Assembly (NCBI GenBank): GCA_002170315.2
Contig: NHFA02000025.1
Span: forward strand, 7,084 to 71,083
Length of the DNA stretch: 64,000 nucleotides
Direction of reading: 5' to 3'
Source: Euryarchaeota archaeon TMED99
GTDB taxonomy: Archaea; Thermoplasmatota; Poseidoniia; Poseidoniales; Poseidoniaceae
In this document: piece by piece, positions 37,267 through 46,644 of the stretch
Numbering within the stretch: position 1 is the first letter of the stretch
How the letters are laid out: every line of letters begins with the position of its first letter
The notes under the pieces: model-generated
What the model saw: only the letters and a program-made list of their open reading frames with translations
What the model was told of the DNA's origin: nothing
The model's database searches: none
Position numbers and translations under genes: made by a program

Positions 37267-39119
37267 TACTCTTCACCTCCGGCTTGTTCTGCAGCACGTT
37301 CAGCAATCATCGTTTTCACTTCTTTAATGGCGTCTTTAAGGTCAGAACGCATTTCTTCTACAGGTTCTTGGCGTATCTTGATTTCACCATCTTCCATGTA
37401 AACAATGTTGACTATCTTGCCCCATTTTTCAATTTCACCAGGGAAATCTTCACGGGTATGGCCACCTCGACTTTCTTCTCGAGTAAGAGCTGCAAGGGTT
37501 GCAGCAACAGAAACATCAACCATATTTTTGAGATCGAGTGCTTGGTGCCATCCAGAGTTATATTTCCGAGAGGTACCAGGGAAACACTTCGATTGACGCT
37601 CATCAAAGGCCTTCAAATCCTCCATTGCCTCAGTCATTTCTTCCTTCGTTCGGATAATGCCTACCTTGGCTTGCATCATGTCACGCATGCCATCATAGAT
37701 GAGTCCTGGATTTTCGCCTTCTTCTCTTTCAAGCGGTGCGAGCATGACTTCAATTGCAGATTGTACCTGTGCATCATCGATACTCGGTTGAGCAAGGTCC
37801 TTCGCTCGCTTCGAAGCGAACTCTCCAGCACGTTTTCCAAATGTGATAAGGTCAGAGAGAGAGTTTCCACCAAGGCGGTTCGCTCCATGCAAACCAGATG
37901 CAACTTCGCCACAAGCGTAAAGCCCGGGAACATTGCTTTCTTGAGTCTCTGCGTTCACACGCACACCACCCATGACATAGTGTGCTGTTGGTCCAACTTC
38001 CATTGGTTCTTTGGAGATGTCAACACCTGCTAATTCTTTGAATTGGTGATGCATCGAAGGAAGTTTCTTCAAAATGGCTTCTTCTCCACGATGTGAAATG
38101 TCGAGGAAAGCACCACCATGAGGGGAGCCACGTCCTGCTTTAACTTCTGAATTGATGGCCTTAGCCACAACGTCTCGAGTAAGTAATTCAGGAGGTCGAC
38201 GAACTGTGGCTAGTTTTCCTGAAACGACTTCTTCAACCCATTGATCTGATTCTTCAATCGAGTCAGCATGGTCGCCGGCAAACATTTCAGGAACATAATC
38301 GAACATGAAACGCTCGCCTTCTGAATTGGTTAATCGTCCACCTTCTCCGCGAACACCTTCGGTCACCAGAATTCCTCGAACTGAGGGTGGCCAAACCATA
38401 CCGGTCGGGTGGAATTGAACGAATTCCATATCTCTTAATTCAGCTCCAGCCCAGAGGGCAAGAGCATGCCCATCGCCAGTGTATTCCCATGAACCAGAGC
38501 AGACAGACCAGCAGCGTGTGATTCCACCAGTTGCAAGAATTACAGATTTACCGGAGAAGGCATGGAAGTCACCATCAACTCGCGTATAAGCGACACACCC
38601 GGTCACTCTATCACCTTCTTTGAGCAAGTGTCGAACGGTGTATTCCATGAAGATATCAATTCCTTCGTGAATACCCCTTTCCTGTAAAGTTCGAATAAGT
38701 TCCAAACCCGTAGCATCTCCAACGTGGGCGAGTCTTGGGAAAGTGTGTCCTCCGAAGTTTCGCTGATTAATTGTATTTTCAGGAGTGCGGTCAAAGACTG
38801 CACCCCATGTTTCCAGTTCACGAACTCTATCGGGCGCTTCTTTGGCATGGTATTCAGCCATACGCCAGTCTGCAAGCCACTTACTTCCTTTCATGGTGTC
38901 ATGAAAGTGAACTTTCCAACCATCACGGGGATCGGCATTTTGTAAGGCAGCAGCACAACCACCTTCGGCCATAACCGTGTGTGCTTTACCAAGCAAAGAT
39001 TTGGTGATAATTGCAGTTTTTGCACCACTTCTTGCCGCTTCAATTGCGGCTCGGAGGCCAGCGCCACCTGCGCCGATGACGATAACATCGTATTCGTATT
39101 TCTTGTATTCTTCAGTCAT
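37266..39119 (-). CDS. sdhA: Succinate dehydrogenase / fumarate reductase flavoprotein subunit
   Basis: The FAD dinucleotide fold is [19 protein letters not shown]. The covalent-FAD His region is [10 protein letters not shown], and HPTG and [11 protein letters not shown] blocks are present. ATG 39119 lies 5 nt after GAGGTGA. Confidence 0.93.
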   Translation of the reverse strand: MTEEYKKYEYDVIVIGAGGAGLRAAIEAARSGAKTAIITKSLLGKAHTVMAEGGCAAALQNADPRDGWKVHFHDTMKGSKWLADWRMAEYHAKEAPDRVRELETWGAVFDRTPENTINQRNFGGHTFPRLAHVGDATGLELIRTLQERGIHEGIDIFMEYTVRHLLKEGDRVTGCVAYTRVDGDFHAFSGKSVILATGGITRCWSVCSGSWEYTGDGHALALWAGAELRDMEFVQFHPTGMVWPPSVRGILVTEGVRGEGGRLTNSEGERFMFDYVPEMFAGDHADSIEESDQWVEEVVSGKLATVRRPPELLTRDVVAKAINSEVKAGRGSPHGGAFLDISHRGEEAILKKLPSMHHQFKELAGVDISKEPMEVGPTAHYVMGGVRVNAETQESNVPGLYACGEVASGLHGANRLGGNSLSDLITFGKRAGEFASKRAKDLAQPSIDDAQVQSAIEVMLAPLEREEGENPGLIYDGMRDMMQAKVGIIRTKEEMTEAMEDLKAFDERQSKCFPGTSRKYNSGWHQALDLKNMVDVSVAATLAALTREESRGGHTREDFPGEIEKWGKIVNIVYMEDGEIKIRQEPVEEMRSDLKDAIKEVKTMIAERAAEQAGGEE

Positions 39120-39129
39120 TTCCATCACC

Positions 39130-39945
39130 TCAAAATACAAACAGCGCCATATCGCTCAAATATCCTTCACTCACGGCTAAAACCCAAAGGTCGCCAAAGA
39201 AGACAAAAATCAATGAAGTCCAAAACCAGAACCCGTGTGAGCGATTCAAAACACTGATGCTTCCAAATAACTTACCACGAATTCGACTGATACCGGTAGT
39301 CCATCGGTCTAAAGCCCCACCAGCGAGGTGCCGGAGTGCATGGCATGATGTGACATACATGGTCAAAAGAAATGCTTCAATTCCCATTACAAAAGTTCCG
39401 ATAGACATTCCATAGCCATCGTCAAAGTGTAGCGTGTGCGTAACATCCCACCACTTAATGACCAAAATAATCATTGCAGCATAGAGGAAATAGCGGTGAA
39501 GATTGTTAATGATAAACAGTCGCTTTTCACCTTTGTAACCGAGTGTTTTGTTGATGTCTGGCTCATCAACCCAGCAGGCAGTAGGGCTTGCAAAGAATGT
39601 CCGATAGTATACGCGACGCATGTAATAGCAAGTGCCTCTGAATCCGAATGGAATCCACAGCACCAGTATTGCCGCATTGACCCAACTTGGAGCATCTGTC
39701 TCTCCCCATTCCTTAAGTCCGAATAATTCCCATTCGAGAACGTTCGGAGAAAAGATTGGTGACATCACCTTTGAACCTTCGAGTTCGTAGGAAATCGATT
39801 CTGGGAAGAGGAATAATCGCCATGCAGTATAGAGCATTGCAGCTGTAAGGCCAATTCCCATAGCCAACGGTTGTTTCAACCAATTGTCAATACGATTTGT
39901 ACGTCCCAGCCCGTTAAGAACTGGAAGTTTAATGCCTTCACCCAT
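39130..39945 (-). CDS. Putative succinate dehydrogenase membrane anchor / cytochrome b-like subunit
   Basis: It is a 5-6 TM protein encoded immediately upstream of sdhA, with its stop embedded in the sdhA ribosome-binding site. The assignment is by operon position only; I see no classic SdhC motif. Confidence 0.45.
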   Translation of the reverse strand: MGEGIKLPVLNGLGRTNRIDNWLKQPLAMGIGLTAAMLYTAWRLFLFPESISYELEGSKVMSPIFSPNVLEWELFGLKEWGETDAPSWVNAAILVLWIPFGFRGTCYYMRRVYYRTFFASPTACWVDEPDINKTLGYKGEKRLFIINNLHRYFLYAAMIILVIKWWDVTHTLHFDDGYGMSIGTFVMGIEAFLLTMYVTSCHALRHLAGGALDRWTTGISRIRGKLFGSISVLNRSHGFWFWTSLIFVFFGDLWVLAVSEGYLSDMALFVF

Positions 39946-40006
39946 GGTTTTCACCGGCAACCGCACTGGCTGCTAAATTGCTCTACTCCGCTGGGGTCTT
40001 TGAGGT

Positions 40007-40630
40007 TCACGCATCAACCGCCTGTTGTTCAAGGAATGAAAAACCTTCATCAAAAACAGTTTCATTTGCCCAATAGGTCTTGGATTGCCACGCAAGAACT
40101 CCATTTTCAGCAATAACTTGCAATGTTGGAGTACCCGGGTTTCCATATGCGGAGTAAATTGATGCGCCGGTATTTTCGCCAGTGCCAAACTCATAGGCCT
40201 GAGTGTCTGATGTTGGAAGAGCAATGGTCCATGGAGTGTAGTGCGACGATCCATCTCTTGACCCGAAGACATCCATAACATCATCCTGAGATTCAAATTC
40301 ACCCCAGCGGTGAACACTAACAATGGTGATATTGGAATCGCTTAATTCCCCATTGTCCATTTTCTCTCGAATCATGTCAGTCCAGTCGTGACATCCTGTG
40401 CAACCCGAACCAATCCACAAGAGCATGACTGGGCCATTTTTGAGTTCTTCTTCCAAGTCAAAGACACTGCCTCCGTCTTCGTTTCGGTCCAATGTACTCG
40501 ATTCAAAAGTCAGTTCAAATGGAAGGGGTTTCTCTGCATTTTCAGATTCGATGTTGGAAGTTTCCATTTCAATGCAGCCAGGAGTAAGCAAGGCAGCAGT
40601 CAACAGTGCGAAAATAATTTTACGCAACAT
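40007..40630 (-). CDS. Thioredoxin-like lipoprotein (CxxC)
   Basis: The signal peptide with lipobox is MLRKIIFALLTAALLTPGC. The redox motif is WIGSGCTGCHDW in a thioredoxin-fold-sized domain. The start overlaps the 3' end of the desaturase gene by 11 nt. The listed 377-aa ORF is an artefactual upstream extension. Confidence 0.65.
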   Translation of the reverse strand: MLRKIIFALLTAALLTPGCIEMETSNIESENAEKPLPFELTFESSTLDRNEDGGSVFDLEEELKNGPVMLLWIGSGCTGCHDWTDMIREKMDNGELSDSNITIVSVHRWGEFESQDDVMDVFGSRDGSSHYTPWTIALPTSDTQAYEFGTGENTGASIYSAYGNPGTPTLQVIAENGVLAWQSKTYWANETVFDEGFSFLEQQAVDA

Positions 40631-42254
40631 GTCCGTCACCTGTTGGACCTTTTGCTGCTTGGGCTGGAGCAGGGTTACGTGGTTTAACCTTAGGGCGTCG
40701 AACATCTTGGAACCATGAGTCAACACCGTTCCAGTCTGCACGAATTCCAAGGTCAGCGAGTAATAATTTACTGCTGATTCGAGCACTTTCAAAAATTGTA
40801 GGCAGTCCACTTCCAGGATGGGTTCCGCCTCCGACAATATACAGGTTCTTTGCTTCTTCAAATCGGTTTTGAGGACGCTTCCAGAGCATTTGCTTAAGGT
40901 CGTGAGTGAGGTTAAACACTGCGCCTCGATAAATATCTGAAGCACCCCAGTCGTCTGGAGTGACAATGGTTTCTGAAACGATGTGGTCTTCGATATCATC
41001 GTATCCAAGTTTTGCAAGTTGCTTGATGATGAGGTCTCGATAATCAGACTTGATATCATCCCATACGATGGTGTCATGCGTGTTCGGAACAGGAACCAAT
41101 ACGTAGACTGTTGAGTGGCCTTCTGGAGCGAGACTGTCATCAGTCATGCACGCGTTTTGAACGTAGACAGAGGGGTCATCCCATGTCAGTCGGTGATTGG
41201 TAATTTCTTCGAGGTTCTTTTCGTAGGATGAGGATGCAAAAATCTGATGATGTGGCAAATCATATTGTTTATCAACACCAAGATAGAGCATGAAGGTAGA
41301 ACATGAATAACCCTTTTTCTCGAGTTTCTTATTGGACCACTTCTTTCTCTTTTCATTCGGCACAAGTGTCGTCATTGCGTGAGCGAAGTCGGCATTAACA
41401 ACGACTTTGTCGGCACGAATCTCTTTGTCTTCTATTCGAACGCCTACGACTGTTTTCCCTTCATAAATTAAGGACTTAACAGGGGTGTTGCAATGAATCT
41501 TGACGCCAAGGTCTTCGGCAATTTCACCCATGCGTGCTGTGATACTTCCCAATCCGCCTTTTGCATGGAATATTCCGTGTTCATACTCGAGGAAAGCGAG
41601 AATTGTAAACAGTGAAGGGGCATGGAATGGACTCATTCCCAGATACTTGGTTTGAAAGGACATGGCAAGCCGAACTCGCTCATCGTCGAAGTGCTTACTC
41701 AGGTCTCCAGCAACACTTGCCCAAGGTTTCAGAACGGTCGCTACACGAATTGCTCTCTTTGTCAAAACATTGAGAGGGCTTGTCCAAGGAGTTTGCAAGC
41801 ATTGTTTTGAAAGGTTGAGCTTTTTGCGGTTTTGAGTAACATAGTTTTTGAAACCGTTGGCATTTTTATCGCCAGCCAGTTCACGGATTCTTTCGGTCAT
41901 TTCCTCAAGATTACTTGTCGCATCGATGTGACCTCCTGCGCCAAATACGAGGCGATACATTGGATCAAGTGGCATTAATCCCAGTTCTTTGTGAGCGTCC
42001 AATCCAATTGCTTGGAAGATCTCTTCAATGACTTCAGGATAGTGGAAGAAAGTCGGACCTCTGTCAAAAGTATAACCATCTTTGTGGATGAGTTTGGTTC
42101 TGCCTCCAACTTTACTTTCTTTTTCTAAAACGGTAACGTCGACGCCGGAATGGGCGAGCAGCAGTGCACTTGCGAGGCCTCCAGGGCCAGATCCAACAAT
42201 GATTGCTGTAGGTTTAGTCATTTCAGCCATAGTGCGATGTCCAATATTCAACAT
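40620..42254 (-). CDS. Phytoene desaturase family (CrtI-like) FAD-dependent oxidoreductase
   Basis: The dinucleotide fold is TAIIVGSGPGGLASALLLAHSGVDVTVLEKESKVGGRT. Length and the C-terminal GGGTHPGSGLP block are typical of CrtI/CrtD. The substrate is unknown. Confidence 0.8.
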   Translation of the reverse strand: MLNIGHRTMAEMTKPTAIIVGSGPGGLASALLLAHSGVDVTVLEKESKVGGRTKLIHKDGYTFDRGPTFFHYPEVIEEIFQAIGLDAHKELGLMPLDPMYRLVFGAGGHIDATSNLEEMTERIRELAGDKNANGFKNYVTQNRKKLNLSKQCLQTPWTSPLNVLTKRAIRVATVLKPWASVAGDLSKHFDDERVRLAMSFQTKYLGMSPFHAPSLFTILAFLEYEHGIFHAKGGLGSITARMGEIAEDLGVKIHCNTPVKSLIYEGKTVVGVRIEDKEIRADKVVVNADFAHAMTTLVPNEKRKKWSNKKLEKKGYSCSTFMLYLGVDKQYDLPHHQIFASSSYEKNLEEITNHRLTWDDPSVYVQNACMTDDSLAPEGHSTVYVLVPVPNTHDTIVWDDIKSDYRDLIIKQLAKLGYDDIEDHIVSETIVTPDDWGASDIYRGAVFNLTHDLKQMLWKRPQNRFEEAKNLYIVGGGTHPGSGLPTIFESARISSKLLLADLGIRADWNGVDSWFQDVRRPKVKPRNPAPAQAAKGPTGDGHVA

Positions 42255-42397
42255 ATAAAGAACCGTTTGTTCCCTTGAAATTGAGAATGAAATATTTCGT
42301 CTAAAACATGACTCCCGAGTTCCTTCTCATCATTCAATAAGCATGATAAGGGTCGCGAGAGTGGGCGTGTTACAGCCTTGAGTTGTGCGGTGGAATT

Positions 42398-43648
42398 ATG
42401 GCCGATTGGAGTACAAAGAATCCTTACATGACTCAAATTACTGAGAATTATATTCTCAACGGTGAAGGTTCACGAAAGGAAACTCGTCACATTGTGTTTG
42501 CATTGGGCGATTCCGGTATGGATTACAAAGTAGGCGACGCTCTTGGAGTTGTTTCTGAAAACCCCCCTCACATTGTTGAAGAAATTATTCAGCTTCAAGG
42601 ATGGGATAGGGATCAAATTGTCGAAACTCACAATGGCGAGCGAGACCTTTACACTGCACTAAAGAAAGATTTTGAAGTTCACATGGCAAACAAAAAGTTT
42701 GTACAGTCACTCGCAGGCAAAGTTGTTTCATCAGGAATGAAAATCTCCCTCAAGATTGTCGCTCGTAGTCGCTCCAGCGACCAGTGGGAGTCTTCTGAAT
42801 CTTCAGCCAATCCACCAGGCCTCGCTTCAAGTATAGCAAGCGATGACCCTTCTTCTAAAGTCGAAGCATTACTTGGCGACGAAAAAGCGATTGAAGATTA
42901 CTTGTGGACTCGAGATTACATCGACATAATGAATGAATTCAATGTCAAATATTCTCCAGAAGAATTTTTCGAATTGGTGGGAAGACTCAAACCTCGTCTC
43001 TATTCGATTGCTTCTTCTCACGACGCTCATCCGGGATTTGTTGAACTGACAGTTGGAATTGTCCGATTTGAATATCACGACCGGCCTCGAGGAGGGTTGT
43101 GCACTCTCTACATGGCTGACGAAATTGACACTTCAGGCCAACCTATTGGAGTCTTTATGTCTCCAACAAAATCCTTTATTTTACCAGAAGACAAAGATGT
43201 AGACATTATCATGGTGGGGCCTGGAACCGGAATTGCTCCATTCCGTGCTTTCATGGAACAGCGGGTTTTTGACGGAGGAAAAGGCCGAAACTGGTTATTC
43301 TTCGGCGATCAATCATCGAAGACTGAGTTTTACTACAAGGAACAAATCGAAGGCTGGATGGACAGTGGTGATCTCTACCGTTTCACAACGGCTTGGTCAC
43401 GTGACCAAGCAGAGAAAATCTATGTTCAACATCGTCTCAAAGAACACGGCGAAGAGATTTGGCAATGGTTCGAGAACGGCGCCTATTTCTACATCTGCGG
43501 TGATAAGACCTACATGGCGAAAGACGTTCATCGCGCCTTAATCGAAATTGCAATGGAACATGGTGGAATGTCTGAAGACGATGCAACTCACTTCATTGGA
43601 ACGACCATGATGAAAGAACAGAAGCGATACTTACGTGACGTCTACTGA
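42398..43648 (+). CDS. CysJ-like FAD/NADPH-binding oxidoreductase (no flavodoxin domain)
   Basis: The FNR-family motifs are RLYSIASS, MVGPGTGIAPFRAF, YVQHRL, FYICGD and C-terminal YLRDVY. The N-terminal FAD-binding beta-barrel resembles the sulfite reductase alpha component. Confidence 0.8.
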   Translation: MADWSTKNPYMTQITENYILNGEGSRKETRHIVFALGDSGMDYKVGDALGVVSENPPHIVEEIIQLQGWDRDQIVETHNGERDLYTALKKDFEVHMANKKFVQSLAGKVVSSGMKISLKIVARSRSSDQWESSESSANPPGLASSIASDDPSSKVEALLGDEKAIEDYLWTRDYIDIMNEFNVKYSPEEFFELVGRLKPRLYSIASSHDAHPGFVELTVGIVRFEYHDRPRGGLCTLYMADEIDTSGQPIGVFMSPTKSFILPEDKDVDIIMVGPGTGIAPFRAFMEQRVFDGGKGRNWLFFGDQSSKTEFYYKEQIEGWMDSGDLYRFTTAWSRDQAEKIYVQHRLKEHGEEIWQWFENGAYFYICGDKTYMAKDVHRALIEIAMEHGGMSEDDATHFIGTTMMKEQKRYLRDVY

Positions 43649-43656
43649 ATCGTTGC

Positions 43657-43706
43657 TTTTTTCAAAATAAAAAAGGCCCCCATTCCCTCCAAAGAAGGAA
43701 CAGGGG
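43657..43706. terminator. Bidirectional terminator region between convergent genes
   Basis: A T6 tract (43657..43662) lies 9 nt after the + strand stop. An imperfect hairpin CCCCaTTCC...GGAAcaGGGG spans 43678..43706. On the minus strand it is followed directly by GCCTTTTTTATTTT, downstream of the MIP-like gene. Confidence 0.5.
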
Positions 43707-43758
43707 CGGCTCTCCAAATCATTCAGATTTGGTGTTTACTCAAATCGAAGTATTGTTT

Positions 43759-44442
43759 TCACTCTTCGCTTGCATCATCTGCAGTGGCAATCATTTCATC
43801 GATCTTCATGCCCATAAGAGCACCAATACCAATAACGATACCATCAACAAGCCAAGGAACAGTTACTGCCATCGCATCTCCAGTGCCGTTCATGAGCATG
43901 GAAGCCATGTCTGAAGCGGATTCAAAGTTCACGATACCCGCCAAGGCCATTACAGCAATTGGCATTGCCCAATCATTGTCTGTTTTGGCATGGATTTGAC
44001 CAAGAATTGCACCAGCAGCAATTAATCCACCAACGACCCACATTGCTTCAGTCATCGTGTAACCAGCCATATATGCTTCTTGACCATTAGGGAATGCAGT
44101 TTCATATGTGATAAACTCCGGTTGTAAATTAACCATCAAAATCGCAGCAAGAACCGCACCAACAATTTGTGTGATTAAGCGAATAATGGTGCTTGTCCAC
44201 ATACTTTGGTCAGTCAAATCGTCAGAAGTCATAGCATGCATCCATGTTACAGGTGGCAAGATGTGAGCTCCTGAGAATGCCATCCAAGCGATTCCAAGTG
44301 CCAGCATTCCACCGAGCGTTGCCATTCCCAATCCAACTAAGGCTGTTCCATCGGCAGTAGCTACTGTAATGCCCATGATCAACCATGTGACAGCAAAAGC
44401 GCCGCCAAGTTCAGTCATTATATCTTTCATTTTCATTTCCAT
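43759..44442 (-). CDS. MIP/aquaporin-like channel protein with degenerate NPA boxes
   Basis: The six-helix layout is collinear with aquaporins. FSGAHILPPVTW sits where SGAH(L/I)NPAVT is expected. The second half-helix region (IVNFESASDM) lacks NPA. GGAGGGG lies 8 nt upstream of the ATG. Confidence 0.5.
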   Translation of the reverse strand: MEMKMKDIMTELGGAFAVTWLIMGITVATADGTALVGLGMATLGGMLALGIAWMAFSGAHILPPVTWMHAMTSDDLTDQSMWTSTIIRLITQIVGAVLAAILMVNLQPEFITYETAFPNGQEAYMAGYTMTEAMWVVGGLIAAGAILGQIHAKTDNDWAMPIAVMALAGIVNFESASDMASMLMNGTGDAMAVTVPWLVDGIVIGIGALMGMKIDEMIATADDASEE

Positions 44443-44486
44443 TTTTTTTTCCCCTCCTAAGAGTTAACTGCTAATTTTTTTACATA

Positions 44487-44494
44487 GTATATAA
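44487..44494 (-). promoter_or_regulatory. Candidate archaeal TATA box for the MIP-like gene
   Basis: The minus-strand TTATATAC lies about 48 nt upstream of ATG 44442. That is consistent with a short 5' UTR carrying the GGAGGGG SD. Confidence 0.35.
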
Positions 44495-44623
44495 CTCGCG
44501 GGGGGTTGAAAACCGCAAAAAAAGCGTTTTTAAGGGGTTTTTTCCGGTGCCGGTGTTGCTAAAAACACCTGCTTTATTTTGGGTGCCTTTCCAGTTTCCT
44601 TCGGAAATTTTTTGGATTTTCCT

Positions 44624-45097
44624 CTATTCGAGACCAGCGACTGGAAGTGGAACACTGGTAACCGGAACTCCTTGTTCAATTGCCCGTTCTTCCATTCGTT
44701 TTGTCCAAATAGAATCGGGGCCTGGGAAAGAGAGCATGTGTGTTGCCCTTTCAAGCATCGTTCTTGCTAAAGTAGCTACAGCCTCCGGTCGTCCAGAATC
44801 ATGAGCCGAGTTCGGGCGAGGTGCATTCCATGCTTCGGTAAAAACAGCAAGTTCGATGTTGTTGTTATTCGCCCAACGTTCTGCCAGATAATCAACTCCA
44901 CTCGCTCCTCCAATAATGATGAGATCGGGATAACTGTTTGACTCCACCCATTGTTCAAGTTGTTCTTCAAGCCAAGAGTAGTCATAAAATTTTGAGTTAC
45001 CACAAATGATTAGATTCACAATTCGCCCATCCTTATTCAAATCAATTCCTGCTAAGCGGTCGAGGGCCTCCGCTCCAGTTTGGTGTTCGCGCATCAT
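44624..45097 (-). CDS. SLOG-superfamily protein (DUF2493/YspA-like)
   Basis: LIIIGGASGVDYLAERWA is the Rossmann-like GGAxGxD motif of DUF2493/DprA-like SLOG domains. The start is set at ATG 45097; the listed upstream extension is low-complexity and AT-rich. Confidence 0.55.
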   Translation of the reverse strand: MMREHQTGAEALDRLAGIDLNKDGRIVNLIICGNSKFYDYSWLEEQLEQWVESNSYPDLIIIGGASGVDYLAERWANNNNIELAVFTEAWNAPRPNSAHDSGRPEAVATLARTMLERATHMLSFPGPDSIWTKRMEERAIEQGVPVTSVPLPVAGLE

Positions 45098-45295
45098 GTC
45101 ATCATCGCCGTCATATGATATCAAACTTGCGGAGTTTTTCTTGAAAATGAAAGAAAAAGTGTGTTTTCTAACCGCTTTATGTAAAAAAATCTTCCAAAAA
45201 GAGGAGTTCGGAGAAGAAATATTACAGAACAAAAAATACATTTTTGTCTCGTTTGAACCGTTGGCATCATAGAGTAATTCCTCTTCGACTCAGTT

Positions 45296-46636
45296 ATGGC
45301 ATTCAAACGTGTACTCATTGCCAACCGTGGCGAGATTGCCCTTCGTATTCTTCGAACGCTCCGTGACATGGGGATTGAAGCAGCGATTATTCATGGTCGA
45401 GAAGACCGATTATCGCTACCAGTTCGTTTTTCAGATATCGCTTATGCGAACTACAAGAAAAATCCATTGGACACCTATCTGGATATCGAATCCGTCATCC
45501 ATGCAGCCAAAGAGATGGGTTGTGATGCTGTTCACCCTGGTTATGGCTTTCTCGCAGAAAATGCAACTTTTGTTCGTCGATTAAACGAGGAGGGCATCAC
45601 TTTTATTGGTCCTTCAGCCGATGTCATTTCATTGCTCGGAGATAAAATAGAGGCGAGAGCAGCTATGGAGGCAGCAGGTTTGCCGACTGCCAAAGGCTCT
45701 TCAGAATCCATTTCCGACCCTGAGGTTGCTACAGCATTGGCACAAGAAATTGGCTACCCTGTCATCATTAAGGCTGCTGCAGGAGGCGGTGGAATTGGTA
45801 TGCAAATAGTGGAAAAGGCTGATGAATTTGAAAATGCTTTGAAACTCTGCCAGTCCAGAGCACGTTCAGCCTTCGGCGATGAGCGAGTCTTTGTAGAGAA
45901 GTATATTCAAGGCGCTCAGCACGTCGAGTTCCAAGTTCTCGGTGACGGGAAAAAGGCGATTCACTTCGGTGAAAGGTTTTGTTCAATTCAACGCCGACAC
46001 CAAAAACTCGTAGAGGAAGGGCCTTGGCTTACCGATGAGAAGCGAGAAGAGATTGGAGCATTGGTCTGTAAAGGTGCTGAAGCAGTTGGCTACAAAGGTT
46101 TAGCGACATTTGAATTTCTTCGTGATGCGAATGGTGATTTTTACTTCCTTGAAGTCAACCCCCGTGTTCAAGTTGAGCATACGGTGACTGAACTGATTAC
46201 TGGATACAATTTAGTGGAACTGGGAATTCGTGTAGCTCAAGGTGAGGCTCTTCCAATTGACCAAGAAGATGTAGTTTGGCGAGGCCATGCGATTCAATGC
46301 AGGCTCAATGCAGAAGATCCAAGTAAATTTATTCCGAGTCCTGGTCGTCTTTGGGAATGTCACTTTCCTTCTGGTTATGGGATTCGAGTCGATACACATG
46401 CATATCCTGGTTACGAAATGCCAGGTTGTTTTGATTCTCTGTTGGCAAAGTTGTTGGTATGGGGCAAAGACCGAGATGACGCAGTAAGGCGAATGAGAAC
46501 CGCATTAGACGAAACGGTGATTTCAGGCGTCGAACATTTAATTCCGCTTCATAGGAGAATTATGGATGAAGAGGATTTCCTCCAAAGAGACATCACCATT
46601 CAATACATCGATATGCATCAAGAGCTACTCGGATAA
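45296..46636 (+). CDS. accC: Biotin carboxylase (AccC/PycA type), stand-alone
   Basis: The blocks are KRVLIANRGEIALRILRT, GYPVIIKAAAGGGGIGMQ and FLEVNPRVQVEHTVTE. It is 446 aa with no carrier or transferase gene adjacent. Confidence 0.9.
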   Translation: MAFKRVLIANRGEIALRILRTLRDMGIEAAIIHGREDRLSLPVRFSDIAYANYKKNPLDTYLDIESVIHAAKEMGCDAVHPGYGFLAENATFVRRLNEEGITFIGPSADVISLLGDKIEARAAMEAAGLPTAKGSSESISDPEVATALAQEIGYPVIIKAAAGGGGIGMQIVEKADEFENALKLCQSRARSAFGDERVFVEKYIQGAQHVEFQVLGDGKKAIHFGERFCSIQRRHQKLVEEGPWLTDEKREEIGALVCKGAEAVGYKGLATFEFLRDANGDFYFLEVNPRVQVEHTVTELITGYNLVELGIRVAQGEALPIDQEDVVWRGHAIQCRLNAEDPSKFIPSPGRLWECHFPSGYGIRVDTHAYPGYEMPGCFDSLLAKLLVWGKDRDDAVRRMRTALDETVISGVEHLIPLHRRIMDEEDFLQRDITIQYIDMHQELLG

Positions 46637-46644
46637 GCAGTGGA

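Noticed and set aside
40631-41140. The upstream 170 codons of the listed 377-aa ORF 40007..41140.
   Set aside because: This stretch lies wholly inside the CrtI-like gene in another frame and translates to Ser/Leu/Thr-rich junk. The true product starts at ATG 40630 with a signal peptide and lipobox.
45098-45295. An AT-rich 198-nt spacer as a possible small RNA gene. It includes the TCATATGA palindrome at 45111..45118.
   Set aside because: I see no stable extended structure or conserved motif. The simplest explanation is a divergent promoter region for the SLOG-like gene and accC.
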